Position numbers and translations under genes: made by a program
Part shown: positions 23,247-36,227 of the stretch, piece after piece
How the letters are laid out: every line of letters begins with the position of its first letter
Position numbering within the stretch: position 1 is the first letter of the stretch
Notes under the pieces: model-generated
Seen by the model: only the letters and a program-made list of their open reading frames with translations
Told to the model about the DNA's origin: nothing
Databases searched by the model: none
Source of the DNA: the human T2T-CHM13v2.0 reference genome, Homo sapiens
Assembly: GCF_009914755.1 (NCBI RefSeq)
Contig: NC_060927.1
Strand: one strand, 5' to 3'
Length of the DNA stretch: 64,000 nucleotides

Positions 23247-26200
23247 CACTATGCAGATGAGAGACCTGGAGGAGACTTCATGATTTTATTCATCCCCCAA
23301 GATTTCCTCAGGACTGGTACCATTTTCCATCACTGTCTTCTGCCGTCAGCAACATGTGAGCTTTCTCCACAGGTGAGCTCCATTTATGGTTTCAAGATAA
23401 CACTAATGGATTCAGAACATAAATATACATGGGAATGTTCAGAGGCAAAACTAAACTTTCTTATCTTATTAAAATGGGAATATTCATTTCATAGAAGACT
23501 GCTTACCTGTCTTCTCCTGCTAGGTCATTGGCAAGAATTGTCTTGCATATTCATGTCTGAACCAATAACTAGGGAGGGAGAAGTGTGATTTCAGCACATT
23601 CTGATAAACTCTGGTAACTGGGACTGGGAACATCTTCTGATAAGTCATGGCTGTGCAGAAGAGCACAGATACATAAATAAAACTGAAGTTCTCTTATGAT
23701 AAAAGTTATGTCAAGAATGGAAGTTATGTCCAGCGGAGCAGAAAAAAACCCTAAGTCCCTACAACTTTTTAAACCACCGAACCAGCCCTACACTGCTCAC
23801 CAGAGAATTATGTTGTGTAAGAATAAACTGCTGAGTGTTTAATCCATATAGTCATTGTTACTTACGCCCCTAATAAATGCATAAGCTATAAGATAGCATG
23901 AGAAATGTGGTGTGCCTATATAGATATTGTGTTAGTTAACCTGAAAGGGCACACCAATTCCATAATAAACCTTTCTAAAACATAATACTGTAGTTAGTAT
24001 CCTTAAATCATTACCAGAATGGCAATGTTTGAAAATGTGGAATACCTATTATCCTAAATTAATAAGAACTTTTCACTGAGGTGTAGAATTGGGAATTTTC
24101 AGTTTTAATAATCACTGAAATGGATATTAGTTAAGATTCTCTCTAGAGTAATATAGTTCGAAATACACTGAACCATTTCGACATACATATTCATGATTAA
24201 TTTAAATAAAGTTCACTTTTCTGTGTTTTCTACTGCTGATAACTTCTATTTTAGATTAGTTTGTAGTGTTATTTTTCAACATGTAAAACCCTTCTATATA
24301 AAAACCTCATCCCCCAATTATTAAATAAACCAAATGTATTACCCCACTTCTCTTTAATACAACATGTTTTTATATCATAAGAAATAAAATCCAAAATCCA
24401 AAACTAAATCCAAAACATATCTAATAAAGTGTAAACAGCTGCTTTGTGCCATTTTAATTTGTTACTGCTTTTTCTTAGTCTGGTGAAAGAAAAGTTAATC
24501 AATGTAAAGTTAGTCAATGTGAGGTGTAATGAAACAAATTTTGTTTCTTTTATCCTTCCCAAATAAACTCTATATTAAACAGTAATATTGAACTTAACAT
24601 TTTTAATATTGTGACTAATATATTTGTACTGAGTAGTAATATTTTTTAGTGAATACAAAATCACTGTCAATCACTATTTTTGTTTCCTTAAAAATAGCAT
24701 TTTTCATGGGTACGTAAGGAATAGTATGTCACTGGATATCCACTATTCTGATGTGTAGCTGTGATAGAATGCATGTTATTAAAATTAGAATAGATTTTGA
24801 AAAAATAAAGAAATCATTAATAATTTATATTGGCCTACTACTTGTAATAAATTAATGGGAAGTAGGAGTTTTGTATATCTCTCAAGCCTTCTAAGGGTAA
24901 GTCATCTTTGTTAATATTCTTGAAGGTCTAAGATTCACAACGCATGCAAATAACCTTAACTCTTTAATAAGTAAAGAGTAACATGTAGGCTTTAAAATGA
25001 CAAGTCATTACAAACCTTCAGTGAAAAATCTGTTAATCAAACACAAACATGCTTTTTATTACCTTTCACCAACAAGAAAATTATTCTCCTGGATGTTCTT
25101 CTCCTATAAAATATTAAACAATGTATATAGTATATTTCATGAATGAACCTTCTGATAAATATACCTTTAAAATCTTGGTAACATTTTAATGTTTGAAAAT
25201 GCATCCTTGAGTTACAACAAGTCAAAGATTTAAACAGAAATAACAAAAATTGAAAACCTTGTGTGGTAAGGTAATACAAAGTTAGCTTTCACTGTGAATA
25301 TCTATTTCAAAACAATAAATTTGACCTTTATTTTAATTGTTGCACAAGATGAAATATAACAAAAATGAAGCATATTGCCCACTCAGTATACAAAGTATAA
25401 TAATGTACATAAAGCTAAGGTTCCCAGATATTATATAGTTCAATGCAACATTGGACAAGAAAGAAACTCTCAAAGCAGAAAAAAAACAGTAAATAAAACA
25501 CCCTTTCTTTGCCTAGAAATTGGGTAAATGAAGAAAAGGGAAGAGAAATCTTGTTTGAAAATATAGGATTTACAAACCAGTAGCTATGTTGAGTCTTGGT
25601 ATATTTAAAGTGTTTATATGATTTTAAAACACATGGATAATTTCATTTAAAGCAGTCTTCAGTTGACATTGATTTTCTGCAACCAGTATAAGACTATGAA
25701 ATCCATTTCAGGAAGAATACAACTTCACATTGATTTTAAATAACCATCACAGATAAAGTTCCAAGATATTTTGTGGCCAAAATTCATACAAGATTTGATT
25801 ACAATGATGAAAGTGAGTTAGCAGAAAGAAAGGACAGGCATTAGAAACAGACATGAAGAGTTCAGATATTGATAAGACATAATATTAGTTAGGTATATTT
25901 AAAACACATTAATAAGTATGAAAGAAGATTGAAAACAAGATAAATTATCAAGAAGATTTATGTTAAATGTTTAAAAATGTATAGCCTTGTAGAAGAGTCA
26001 AATAGATTTTATATATAATGAATAAAATATAACAACCAAATTAAAGATCTAGTGGATTAAAGAAACAGCATATTAGGTGCAAATAAATATCAAATATCAA
26101 ACTAAAAATACATTTAATTTACCGTTCACCAGGTTTCTGATGTGGCATTTAGGACATTGTTTTGGAAAACATAGGACTCTGAGAACTGAAAAGTTAACAT

Positions 26201-26675
26201 TCTTCAGAATTTAAGACTGAATGGATAAGCACCTTAACCATCTAAATCCCACTGTGCCCTATTTCCATAATAAACAAACTTTTCTTCCCATATCAGAAAG
26301 CTCACAAGGTTGTTTTCTTTGTTTTTTGCTTTACTGAAAAACATTAAAACAATCTTGCCAAGAATAAATTAATTCTCTTCATGACCCACAACCAATACCA
26401 GTTATGGTTCATAAAGATAACCAGAGTTAGATTCTAGTATTGTCTCCGTGTGAAATATAAGGTATCAATCCAGATTATAAAAGGTCTAGGTACCAAATAA
26501 TTGGGAGATTTTTCTATTTCACATAAACCAAAACTTTGAAAATAAGTGTGAATAGTGATAATGTTAGAACACAAAGGAGGAACATAATTTTAGATGAAAT
26601 TGAATTTGTTTATGAGGATGAAATGATCAGAAATTCTGGATGCTATGTGCCAGATTGAAAACCTAGGAGTAGTTC

Positions 26676-27429
26676 TGTTAGAGTAGCCAGTTAGGCAGAC
26701 ATGATCAAGGTAGGAGAGGGCTCCCACAAAGAACGTCAGGGGACCATAGATGATGGTCAGGCAGCTGTTAAACTATCTTTCTAAAATATTATTTTTGGTT
26801 GTAGCTGGCACCAGGGAAATATGGTCTCCCAATAGATAGGAAACAGTGAAACTGGTGATCAGCGTGTTCCCAGTAAGATCTCAGGAGTTGGGTAAGTGGG
26901 CTCAAGCATGCACACTAAGAGCTAAAATGGTAGAGTTGCAACAGTATATGATCTTCCTCTAGGAATGCACAACTGGTAAGGAAAAATGCCTCAAGTGAGC
27001 ATGCACACAACTTCAGTAAACACACCGCACATGCGGCCCCTCTCAAGGGCTGGCAGGCCACTGAACATGTGGGTAGCCTGCCCCAAGGGAAAAACCACGA
27101 GAGAATGGAGGAGAAATGCCAACCTCAGAACCATGCCGATGCATGAAATGCAAACCTCAGAACCATGCCAATGCATGAAACCCCACATCCAGGGCTGACT
27201 GGGGCACGTGAATCTCTCAAGTCGCCTGCTTGGCCCTCTTCCAACTGCACTTTGGTCCTTTTCGTTCCTGTTCCAAAACTTTTTAATAAACTCGCACCCC
27301 TGTCCTAAAACTTGGCTCTGTCTCACCCTCTGCCTTAAACCTACTTCTGCTCTTCAGCCACATTTTTTCCTCTTAGGAGGCAAGGATTAAGTTTGCCACA
27401 GACCTGAATGGTTTTACCACTGGTAACCA
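26676..27429 (+). mobile_element. MER50 solo LTR (ERV1)
   Basis: tgttagagtagccagttaggcagacatga...taagatctcaggagttgggtaagtgggctcaagcatgcacactaagag...ttttaataaactc...ggtaacca. Internal 32-bp tandem duplication at 27113-27176. Confidence 0.9.
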
Positions 27430-27431
27430 TG

Positions 27432-27683
27432 TCTAATCCAATGTGATTGGCATTCTAATAAAAAGAGATTAGAATACAGACATGTGCAGACTAAAGGATG
27501 ATCATGTAATGACACAGGAAGAAGGTAACCATCTACAAGTCAAGTGAAACTTCAGAAGACACCAAATTTGCTGTTACCTTGATTTTGGACTTGTAGCCTT
27601 CAGAACTATGAAAAAATTAGTTTCTGTTATTTAAGTCATCCAGTCCATGGTATTTTGTGATGACAGCCCTAATAAACTTATAC
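27432..27683 (+). mobile_element. MLT1B-like MaLR LTR, 3' portion
   Basis: ctaatccaatgtgattggc...ccatctacaagtcaag...ccttgattttggacttgtagccttcagaactatga...cagccctaataaacttataca. Confidence 0.85.
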
Positions 27684-28731
27684 ATATGGGTAGATGGACA
27701 CTGGCTGGTAGAAACCAATTAGCTTCAGTTACCTACCAGAGACAAGGGGATTTGTATCGTAATATTCATCAGGGACAGAATACAATCTGAACACTTTGAT
27801 TGACTTGTACATTTGAGGGTAGCAAAAAAATATTCCAGTATCATTAGGCCCAAAATATATCAGATCCCACTAAGGTATCACTTGATATGTATAAGTAAAT
27901 ATTATATCTGCATAAAAATAAACTTGACCTGAGCCTGAAGGTATAAACAGTATCCTCATATAATTCTTAAACCTGTGTTCTCATGTCACTAAACCAGGGC
28001 CTCTTAATTAAAGGTTAGAATGGGAACTTTGAGAATAGACTCTATGTTTTCTTATATTTTTCCCAAAGAAATATGTGCTTATTTACCATAGAGACTTTAT
28101 TAATGAGAAGGCTAATATTACACATTTCAATAATCACATAGATAAGTTTAGCCCCTTTCCTTCAGTCATCCCAATGAACACTTAATGGATTAATAAAAGT
28201 ATTGCCATGATTCCATGGTGAAAAGTACTGGGACTGCAGATGGAATCAATAATATGGGCTTCATGTCACCAAGATTTACCTTGTTCTTGCCATTATTAAG
28301 TGCCTAATTTGCAAAAAGTCCAACACCAACTTTCCACATATTACAATACACATGGGTGACCAATAAACCACCAGGTAGCAGGTTGCAAACAATATTATAT
28401 GCTTTCAATCATTTAAGGCCAGTAAGTTTATATCATTAAAACAATATTTTGGGGTTTACTTGATGTCCTCAAATCTCTTCCAGTAAAACTATCTGTAGAA
28501 TTGCTGATGATCTTAATCACCATGAATCCTATAGAACATTGATTCTTATCATGTACAAGAAGAGTAACGCCATTGACTGAACCTAGTAAAATCTTTGATT
28601 ACTGTATAACTCATTCACAAGAAGAATAGACGTTTTTACAACCTTTGCTAAGATTCAGTACAAGATGGCAATTTGCAACTGTGGGTTGCCATCTTACCAG
28701 ATATGCAATGTGCTTTGAACCAGAAACCAAT

Positions 28732-29048
28732 TGGTATGGTTGGGCTGTGTCCCCACCCAAATCTCATCTTAACTTGTTCCCACAATATCCACATGCTCTT
28801 ATGATAGTGAGTGAGTTCTCACAAGATCTGATGATTTTATAAGGGTCTTCCCCCTTCACTCGGCTCTCATTCTTCTCCTTCCTGCTATCATGTGAAGGAG
28901 GACGTGTTTGCCTTCCCTTCTACCACGATTGTAAGTTTCCTGAGGCTTCCCTAGTCATGCTGAACTGTGAGTCAATTAAAGTTCTTTCCTTTATAACTTA
29001 TCCAGTCTCAGACAATTCTTTATAGCAATGTGAGAATGGAATAATATG
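28732..29048 (+). mobile_element. THE1D-like MaLR solo LTR with a small internal deletion
   Basis: tggtatggttgggctgtgtccccacccaaatctcatctt...ctgtgagtcaattaaa...gagaatggaataatatg. 5-bp TSD ccaat/ccagt at 28727-28731 and 29049-29053. Confidence 0.9.
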
Positions 29049-29214
29049 CCAGTGCCCTGTGATGTTTCCCTCATAGCCGGAATATACAGGTTTAGGATGG
29101 AAGAATATGGAATTGTTATTGGCATTTTTCACTAGAAGTTTAATGGTTTAATATTTCATTTGCAGATTTATTTGCTTATTGTTTCCATGACTTCTGGTTT
29201 TGATGGTATGGAGA

Positions 29215-29445
29215 AGGGGGTCTGTTATGTATGGCCTCTGGGCCAAACATGGTCTACCACCTGTTTTTGTTTTTATTTTTTAAAATTTTATTGGAATACA
29301 GCCAAATCTATTTATTTATGTGTTGTCTATGGCTGATTTCATGAAATAACAGTAGAACTGAGTAGCTGTAAAAGGGAACATATGGCTTGGAAAACATACA
29401 ATATTTACTATCTGGCCCTTTACAGAAATAGCTTGCCTACCTCTT
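29215..29445. mobile_element. MER58A (hAT-Charlie MITE)
   Basis: tatggcctctgggccaaa...ttttattggaatacagcca...atatttactatctggccctttacagaaatagcttgcc. Confidence 0.88.
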
Positions 29446-30435
29446 ATTTACATTTCATAGCAATCTAAGGTGGTAATACACTGAAAGTGTTCATTAAGGA
29501 ATACAACAATGACTTCATTGAAATAAAAGCTAAAGTATCATTTTCTAATATGGGGTTCTTGATGCCACTGTTTGAACTGGTAAAATGAGGGTTTTCAGTG
29601 TTGAACTAGTTAATTATACAGATTATAATAGTATAATAGTAAATGTGTTTGCTGCTATGTAATGAAGAAAGACAGTCTAGTTGGAACTGAATAATACAAG
29701 TATATGAAAGACTTCATAAATTCCTGTCAACAGGACAGGACCAGGATAAAATCACCTTTTTCAGGAATGAAGGTTTCAATCACCTCATTCAATAACACAC
29801 TTAGATCAACTGAGGTGGTGGATATGGAAAAAGAACATATGGCAGGATAGTGGAGAAAGAAGGCATTAAATACCAATTGTATAGCTTTGTGACCAAATGT
29901 AAAGCTAAGTATTAAATTAACTACTCATATAGTTTCTTCACAGTAACATATTTATGTATTTATCTGAAATAATTTCCCTTTTCCTCAGTTGACTTCTGTA
30001 GCTATATTATATACTTATTTAAGTCGTGTTAAACTTTAAAATTTGTATGTGGAATTGTATAAAGATAGAATTAGGATGAGACAAGTGGAAAATGGATATT
30101 GCTTAGAAATCCTGACAAACAAATCATTAAGACGTTTATAAGATGTGAGTTATCAAGACCATTTCACTAACGCTACCCTTCATATTTTGTTTCCTTTACC
30201 ATATAGAATGCACATAAATGATACCACATAGAATTAACTGAGAAGCCTCTGTTTAAGTCATGTTTAATATAGTGGCCTAAAAAGTCAGCACATATTTTAT
30301 TTTCAGTTTTAAAATGATGCTTAAAATACGTAAGGGAGAAACATATTTCTGTGGTAGCTCTGGGTATTATAATTGTTTGGAAGTTGAAGTATGGTAGATA
30401 GGTGTACAAGCATGTTGGACAGCAAAGAGTAGGGC

Positions 30436-30885
30436 TCTAGTAGACATTTGCTATGCATAAAGGCTCCTGACATCTCTTGAACACCCTTTAATATGAAGGA
30501 TGGCCCTACCCTCATTATAGGCCAGTGTTATTCTTTTACAGAATCCTTTGAAGGTAGGACACAGACAATTTAGGCCACCCAATCAGATACAACAGAATGG
30601 AGTTTTGATTCAGAACAGAGTAATGTAAACAAGCTTGGACCACATGGAATTCATTATTTGGCTAAGTGATAGGGGCTTTAGTAACTCAAGTTTTGTGCTG
30701 AGCTAGTGATTGCAGGTTATAGGCAGCCTTAAGGCAAGTTTGGGCAATGTTTTTAAGGACTTATGGAGAATCTCTGAGTTGCATGTTAAAAATCAAAACA
30801 AAATACCAAAACCAAACAAACAAAAACATTTTTTCTCCCTGAACTAGATAGAGTGGTGTTTGTTTCTGACATGTAACCGTCCTGG
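30436..30885 (+). mobile_element. Ancient ERVL/MaLR-class LTR (possibly the 3' LTR of the ERV-L fossil)
   Basis: Follows a purine-rich PPT-like agcaaagagtagggc, contains ccaatcagat, and ends with an LTR-like cctgaactagatagagtggtgtttgtttc. Family not identified. Confidence 0.45.
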
Positions 30886-31785
30886 GTGAAAAAATACCTT
30901 TGCATTGTAGCATTAGCTAAGTGGACAATAATGAGCTAAATAGCATATTTATAGGGTAACTAATGACTTTATGCACAATTTCTATTACATTAACTTCTTT
31001 GTAAATAATTTCTATATATATGAAAAGAAAAAATAAGAAAGTTTTTGATCCACCTCAGTAGAAATATATTATGTTTTATCGATCATTAAATATCTTATTC
31101 ATGTGTTATTTGATATAAGTATCATAAATTACTGGCACATTATTTGACTCATATTAGAAATGTGGCTTGAGTAATTGAAGCAGAAATTGATAAAAATAAA
31201 CTTGTCAAATTAGTCCCATTGGCACAATTTACCTCGAGCCACATGCTCATTTTATTTTACTTTATGACAATTTGTCTTCTTTTAGTTAAATTTTCCTATT
31301 TGCATGTTTTAAAAATGGGAAAATATTTGGTAAAGGATTAACAGTAATCTTGAATATAGTGTTTCATTTACATTTTCTTTTATGTGCATAAATCTAGCCT
31401 TCCAATGGTCTGTATTCCAATGGATTGCTGTTTTTTAATCTAGTTTATAAAAGATATTTGTAAAATTGTAAACATGGATACATAGTATTGTGGCAGTTTT
31501 CCAAATTAATGAACTAATTAACACACCACACCATATGTGACAGTCTACCAATATATGCATCAATGAAATAGCATCTGTTTTTTCTTGTGTGTGTGTGTGA
31601 GTGTATGTGTGTATATGTATGTATCTGTGTGTCTCTGTAGGTCCATTTTTGTTGCGGAGAGAGAATGATCAGGAAGATACAATAGAGATATTAATCCCTT
31701 TAATTATATTTAAAATTTTAAGACATCTATAAGACTGTACAATGAAAAGGCAATGTTATTCAAAGATGCTTTATATCTTTGGAAA

Positions 31786-32093
31786 TTTTATTTTATTTTT
31801 ATTTTTTAGAGATGGGATCTTGCTCTATTGCCCAGGCTGGAGTGCAGTGGTGTGATCATTGCTTACTGCAGCCTCGGACTCCTGTGCTCAAGTGATTCCC
31901 TCTCCTCAGCTTCCCAAGTACCTGAGGTTACAAGTGCATGCTATCACACCCAGTGAAAATTTTATTTTATTTTTTGTATAGACAAAGTCTTGTTATGCTG
32001 CCCAGGCTGGTCTCCAACTTCTGACCTCAAATGATGTGTCTGCCTTGACCTCCAAAAGTTCTGGATTACCGGCATGAGCCACCATGCCTGGCT
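31786..32093 (-). mobile_element. AluJ
   Basis: Diverged antisense dimer with J-type gcttactgcagcctcggactcctgtgctcaagtgat. Confidence 0.92.
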
Positions 32094-32877
32094 AAAATAC
32101 TTAAATATAATTTTAGCCTTCCCTAAGTCCTTATTATTGAGAGCAAATACAGCCAATGTAAATTAGCATATTTTTATATTTCATACAACTATAAAGCAAT
32201 TAACAGGTTTTTATAATTAAATTTTTCAATAATAAGATATTAAGCCAAATATATAATCTAATTAGCTTTTAAAGTAGAAAAAGCTCTTAATTTTAAAAAA
32301 TTGTTTTTATATTTTTAGAATTATGGGAAAACAATTATGCTCAACATTTAAAAATGTATTAGCTTAGCTTCTGATAAATTTTAATTAAGTGACTCTTTTT
32401 AAAATAAAATCAGGACTTTAAACTGTCAGCCTCAAACCCTTTAGAAAGAGAGCAGTTTTCAAATAAATAAATATGAGAGGTTGAAATTTCCCTTCAATGG
32501 ATCTGAGCATTTTGATTAATAAAACTTTATTCTTCTATCTATTATGCATATTCTGTAGTTACCCAACAAGCAGGATCTTATGGAAAATAGAAATTCATTA
32601 TAAGTACAAGGACCATAAAACTGTAACAAAAAATAAATTGTGACTATCTACGGCTATGCAAATGGAAACAGGAAAATAAAGTTGAGATGTTGAAAGATGA
32701 TGTAAAAGCCCTTAAAATCTACTGCTCAGCTTGATAATAAAACAACATTTCAGAAGGTAAGACAGGCAAAGTGCTGTTTCCTAAACACATGCCTCCTCAT
32801 CAATATCTCAAATTGTATGTCTGCAGTTCCCACACACACACAAAAAAAAGCAAAAACAAACAACCAAAAACTGGCAG

Positions 32878-33232
32878 GAAGTAGAGAGCAATGAGAGGTA
32901 ACACAATGCCCTTTCTATGGCATGGTGCAAATCCAAACGTTCACTCATATTATTTTTAGGATAACAAAATTATTTGGGTCATTAATATATTACTTATTTG
33001 TCCAAGAGAAAAAAAATGGGAGATAATTGTGTTGTTTTATTTTTTTTCTGTAACACAGATGTATGTATTTTATATTCTAAAGTTTAGTACCCCTCTTGTA
33101 TAAGATTATAAATAATAAATAATAATAACATAAGGCTTTCAGGGCTTAAATCTATATTCCAGAAACAAACAAACAAACAAACAAACCCAGTAAACTTCCA
33201 AAGTACAAAATGTCTAAAAATAAAATAGAAGC
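32878..33232 (+). repeat. Donor copy of a ~350-bp local duplication
   Basis: Collinear with 36371-36705 (gaagta.agagcaatgagaggt.acacaatgccctttctatggcatggtgcaa...). Confidence 0.95.
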
Positions 33233-33271
33233 ATGTTCACATAACTTCATAAAACTCAGTGGTCGAGATAG

Positions 33272-33906
33272 TGTGTTAATTCATTTGTGCTGCTATAACA
33301 AAATATGTAGGACTGGGTAATTTTTTTTGTTTTTGAGGCGGTGTCTTGCTCTGTTGCCCAGGCTGGAGTGCAGATCTTGGCTCACTGCAACCTCTTCCTT
33401 CTGGATTCAAGCAATTCTCTGCCTCAGCCTCCCGAGTAGCTGGGATTACAGGCGCCTGCCACCACGCCTGGCTAATTTTTGTATTTTTAGTAGAGACAAG
33501 GTTTCACCATCTTGGCCAGGCTGTTATTGAACTTCTGGCCTCACAATCCACAAAACTGGGTAATTTCTAAATAATAAAAATGTATTTCTTTCTGTTCTGG
33601 AGCCTGGGAAGTCCAAGATTAAAGTGGCAGAGGGTTCAGTGCTTGGTGCCGGCTGCTCTCTCTGTTTCAAGATGGTGCCTTGAGACTGTGTACTCCAGAG
33701 GGAAAAAAATGCAGTGTTCTCACATGGCAAAAGGGACAAATGGGGCAAACTTACTCCCTCAAGCCCTTTCAAGAGGCATTCATCCATTCACGAGGGCAGA
33801 GACCTCATGGCCTTATCACCTTCTAAAGATACCTTTTAATACTGTTCACTGGATATTAAATTTCAAGGTGGATTTTGCAGGGGACACAAATATTCAAACC
33901 ACAGCA
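33272..33906 (-). mobile_element. MSTC-like MaLR solo LTR split by an Alu
   Basis: tgtgttaattcatttgtgctgctataacaaaata...aagatggtgccttg...caaatattcaaaccacagca. 5-bp TSD gatag/gatac. Confidence 0.88.
33324..33545 (-). mobile_element. AluS, 5'-truncated, nested in the MST LTR
   Basis: Antisense Alu. TSD actgggtaattt at 33312-33323 and 33555-33566. Confidence 0.92.
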
Positions 33907-34432
33907 GATACAGAGGAGGATAATTGAATATTCTGACCTTTGTCACATATCTAATACAGTTTTTCTATGTAATTTAATATTTCTTTCTGGAATCTGTATA
34001 AAATATTTTCATCATTCTAGAATACCTGTTTTTCCAAAACTGCTCTTTTAAAAACTTTGTAGTTTTTCATTTACAGATTTTCATATCCTAAAATTATTTC
34101 AGAAAGGAAAGAACCTGAAGAAATAAAAATCTTAGTAAAATGAAATTAAAAATGACATATTTTTAAAGATGGGGTTATTAAACTTACATAATTCCTTATC
34201 CATAAATGGTTCACAGAAGTAAAGGTCTGGAAGTCAATTTGGAAGTCAGAGAACTCCTAATAGGTATTTCTCCCTATCAAAAATCTCAGCTTTCAGTGGG
34301 AAAGGGTACTAGCTTAGTCCTGCAGGATCAAATTTTGGAAGACTTGCTAGGATGTGTTTAGTTAGGAAGGATATTGTGGACATCAGCAATGAGTTTCAAC
34401 CAGCAATCAGCTGAAATCTACCATAGTTTTTC

Positions 34433-34971
34433 TGAGGTAGGTTAGATAGGTTGGTCACAGCCTCCCTTAAGAGGGAAGAAACTTGCCAAATAGATAGAAC
34501 AAACTTCCCAACAGTGCAAATCCCCTATCTGGGACCCCTGGTTGGAACATCCTGCAGCAAGGAAGATGAAGAGCCGAAGGGAAAATCCCCAAATTCACAC
34601 AAGCACAGAAACCCATGATTAGTGTCCTTGGGTTGACCTAAGTTCATCATACTAGTAAGAAACACACCTCTGGTTGGAGAATTAAGATGCTAATAAGACA
34701 TGTGATGTATGTTCTAGAATGTACAATTGCGCATGAACACTCAGGAGACCACCTGAAGCATGCGTAATGGAAAGACTCATCCTGGCCCTTTTATAATCAT
34801 ATAAGCTTCCCATAAAGGGAATTTTCCCAGCGTGAGATGGGATTGTCTCATTCTGGAGCAGCCCATTCTGACCCAGCTATCAGAATGTCCTTCACGGTGC
34901 AATAAACTTCTTTGCCTACTTTTACTTTAGACTTGCTCTCTAAGTCAAGAACCTGAACCGGCCCACTGACA
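34433..34971 (+). mobile_element. ERV1 (MER4-group) solo LTR, MER66-like
   Basis: TG...CA termini (tgaggtagg...ggcccactgaca), aataaa near 34901, and 4-bp TSD tttc at 34429-34432 and 34972-34975. Family call tentative. Confidence 0.8.
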
Positions 34972-35448
34972 TTTCTACCATCTGTGTTGGCAAACAAAAC
35001 AAAACAAAAACAACAACAATGACAACAACAACAAAAACCCAAGTGTTACATTTTCCAAAAGATAGAGAAATAAGTTTGTAACTCAGGACTAGAAAGTGAT
35101 AGGAATATCACAAAATACATAGAATATACTGAGAATAGACTAGGAATGTATAAGCGGGATCTGCAAGCCAGGTAGTAATGTAAAAGCAGACTTGGAAAGT
35201 CTATCTGAGAAGAATAAATTCAGAATTGCATTGATACTGTGAAAAAATCATCTCAAATATGTGAAAGATGATGATAGCTATGGAAGAGAGAGAAAATATT
35301 CATCATAAGAAGCGTTCATGAGAATTGGAATGGAAATAGTAAAAAATAACTAATTGAATATAATTATTGACCAGGTAGAAAATAAAGAACCTAATTATAC
35401 AGATTGAAAGGCTCATCAAAGCTCAACTAACATAAATTAAGTAAACAC

Positions 35449-35815
35449 TGCACTGGATTGAATAATCCCTTCCCCTGCCCCATGTTTGTGTCCACCCAAA
35501 ACCTCAGAATGTGAGGAAATAGGGTTACTTGGAGACTGGGTTTTGCAGAAATAACAAAATGAAGATGAGATCATACTGGAATCAAGTAGGCCATAATTAA
35601 TGACTTATTAGAATAGGGAAATTTGGACACAGACTCAGAGGAGTCAAACAGGGAAGAAGACCATGAAGACAAGCAGAAATTAGAGTGATGATGCTGCTAC
35701 AAACTAAGGAATGCCAGGGACTGCTGGCAGTGGCCAGAAGCTAGAAAGAGGCTTGGAAGGGTTATCTAAAGCCCTCAAAGGGAGCATGGCCATGCTGACA
35801 CCTTTATTCAGACAT
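35449..35815 (+). mobile_element. MLT1C-like MaLR LTR, 3'-truncated
   Basis: aacctcagaatgtga...aagatgagatcatactgga...aaggaatgccaggga...ccagaagctagaaagaggc...gggagcatggccatgctgacacctt. Confidence 0.85.
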
Positions 35816-36227
35816 GTTTTCATGGAAACAGTTGGAAACATATGAGGAATAGGAAGGCAAGATATTTTTGTAGTATATGAAATTAAAATTTAATTGTACC
35901 AGGTGATGATTTTGTCAAATGATTCAATATAAATGTATTATCTTTATATACCCTGGTTCTATAAATAAATAAAATTATTTAAAATTAAATAAAAAATTGT
36001 TATCAGTGACAATCTTTTTTTATAATTGCAACATCAAAGGCTTTGTCCTTTTCAGTCTTATAAAGTGTATGAGTATATTTAGAATTATACACAATTATAC
36101 ACTGCTGATAATAATGGTATAATGGTTTGTTCACAAATGAAAGCTATAATTTTTATTCATGATGTTGGACAATAACAGCAAACTTTGTTATACTCTTGGT
36201 CCAGTGTTAAAATTAATGCTACCTTTC

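Larger units (their letters stand above)
26130..29910 (+). mobile_element. ERV-L (HERV-L/ERVL-like) internal-region fossil, interrupted by four younger elements
   Basis: gag-like nucleotide similarity at about 26570-26675. Integrase Zn-finger CLIC at 28301-28312, ALNQKP at about 28712-28729, GFLMPL at 29553-29570 and SGMKVSIT from 29761, all collinear with recalled HERV-L pol motifs. Ends approximate. Confidence 0.72.
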
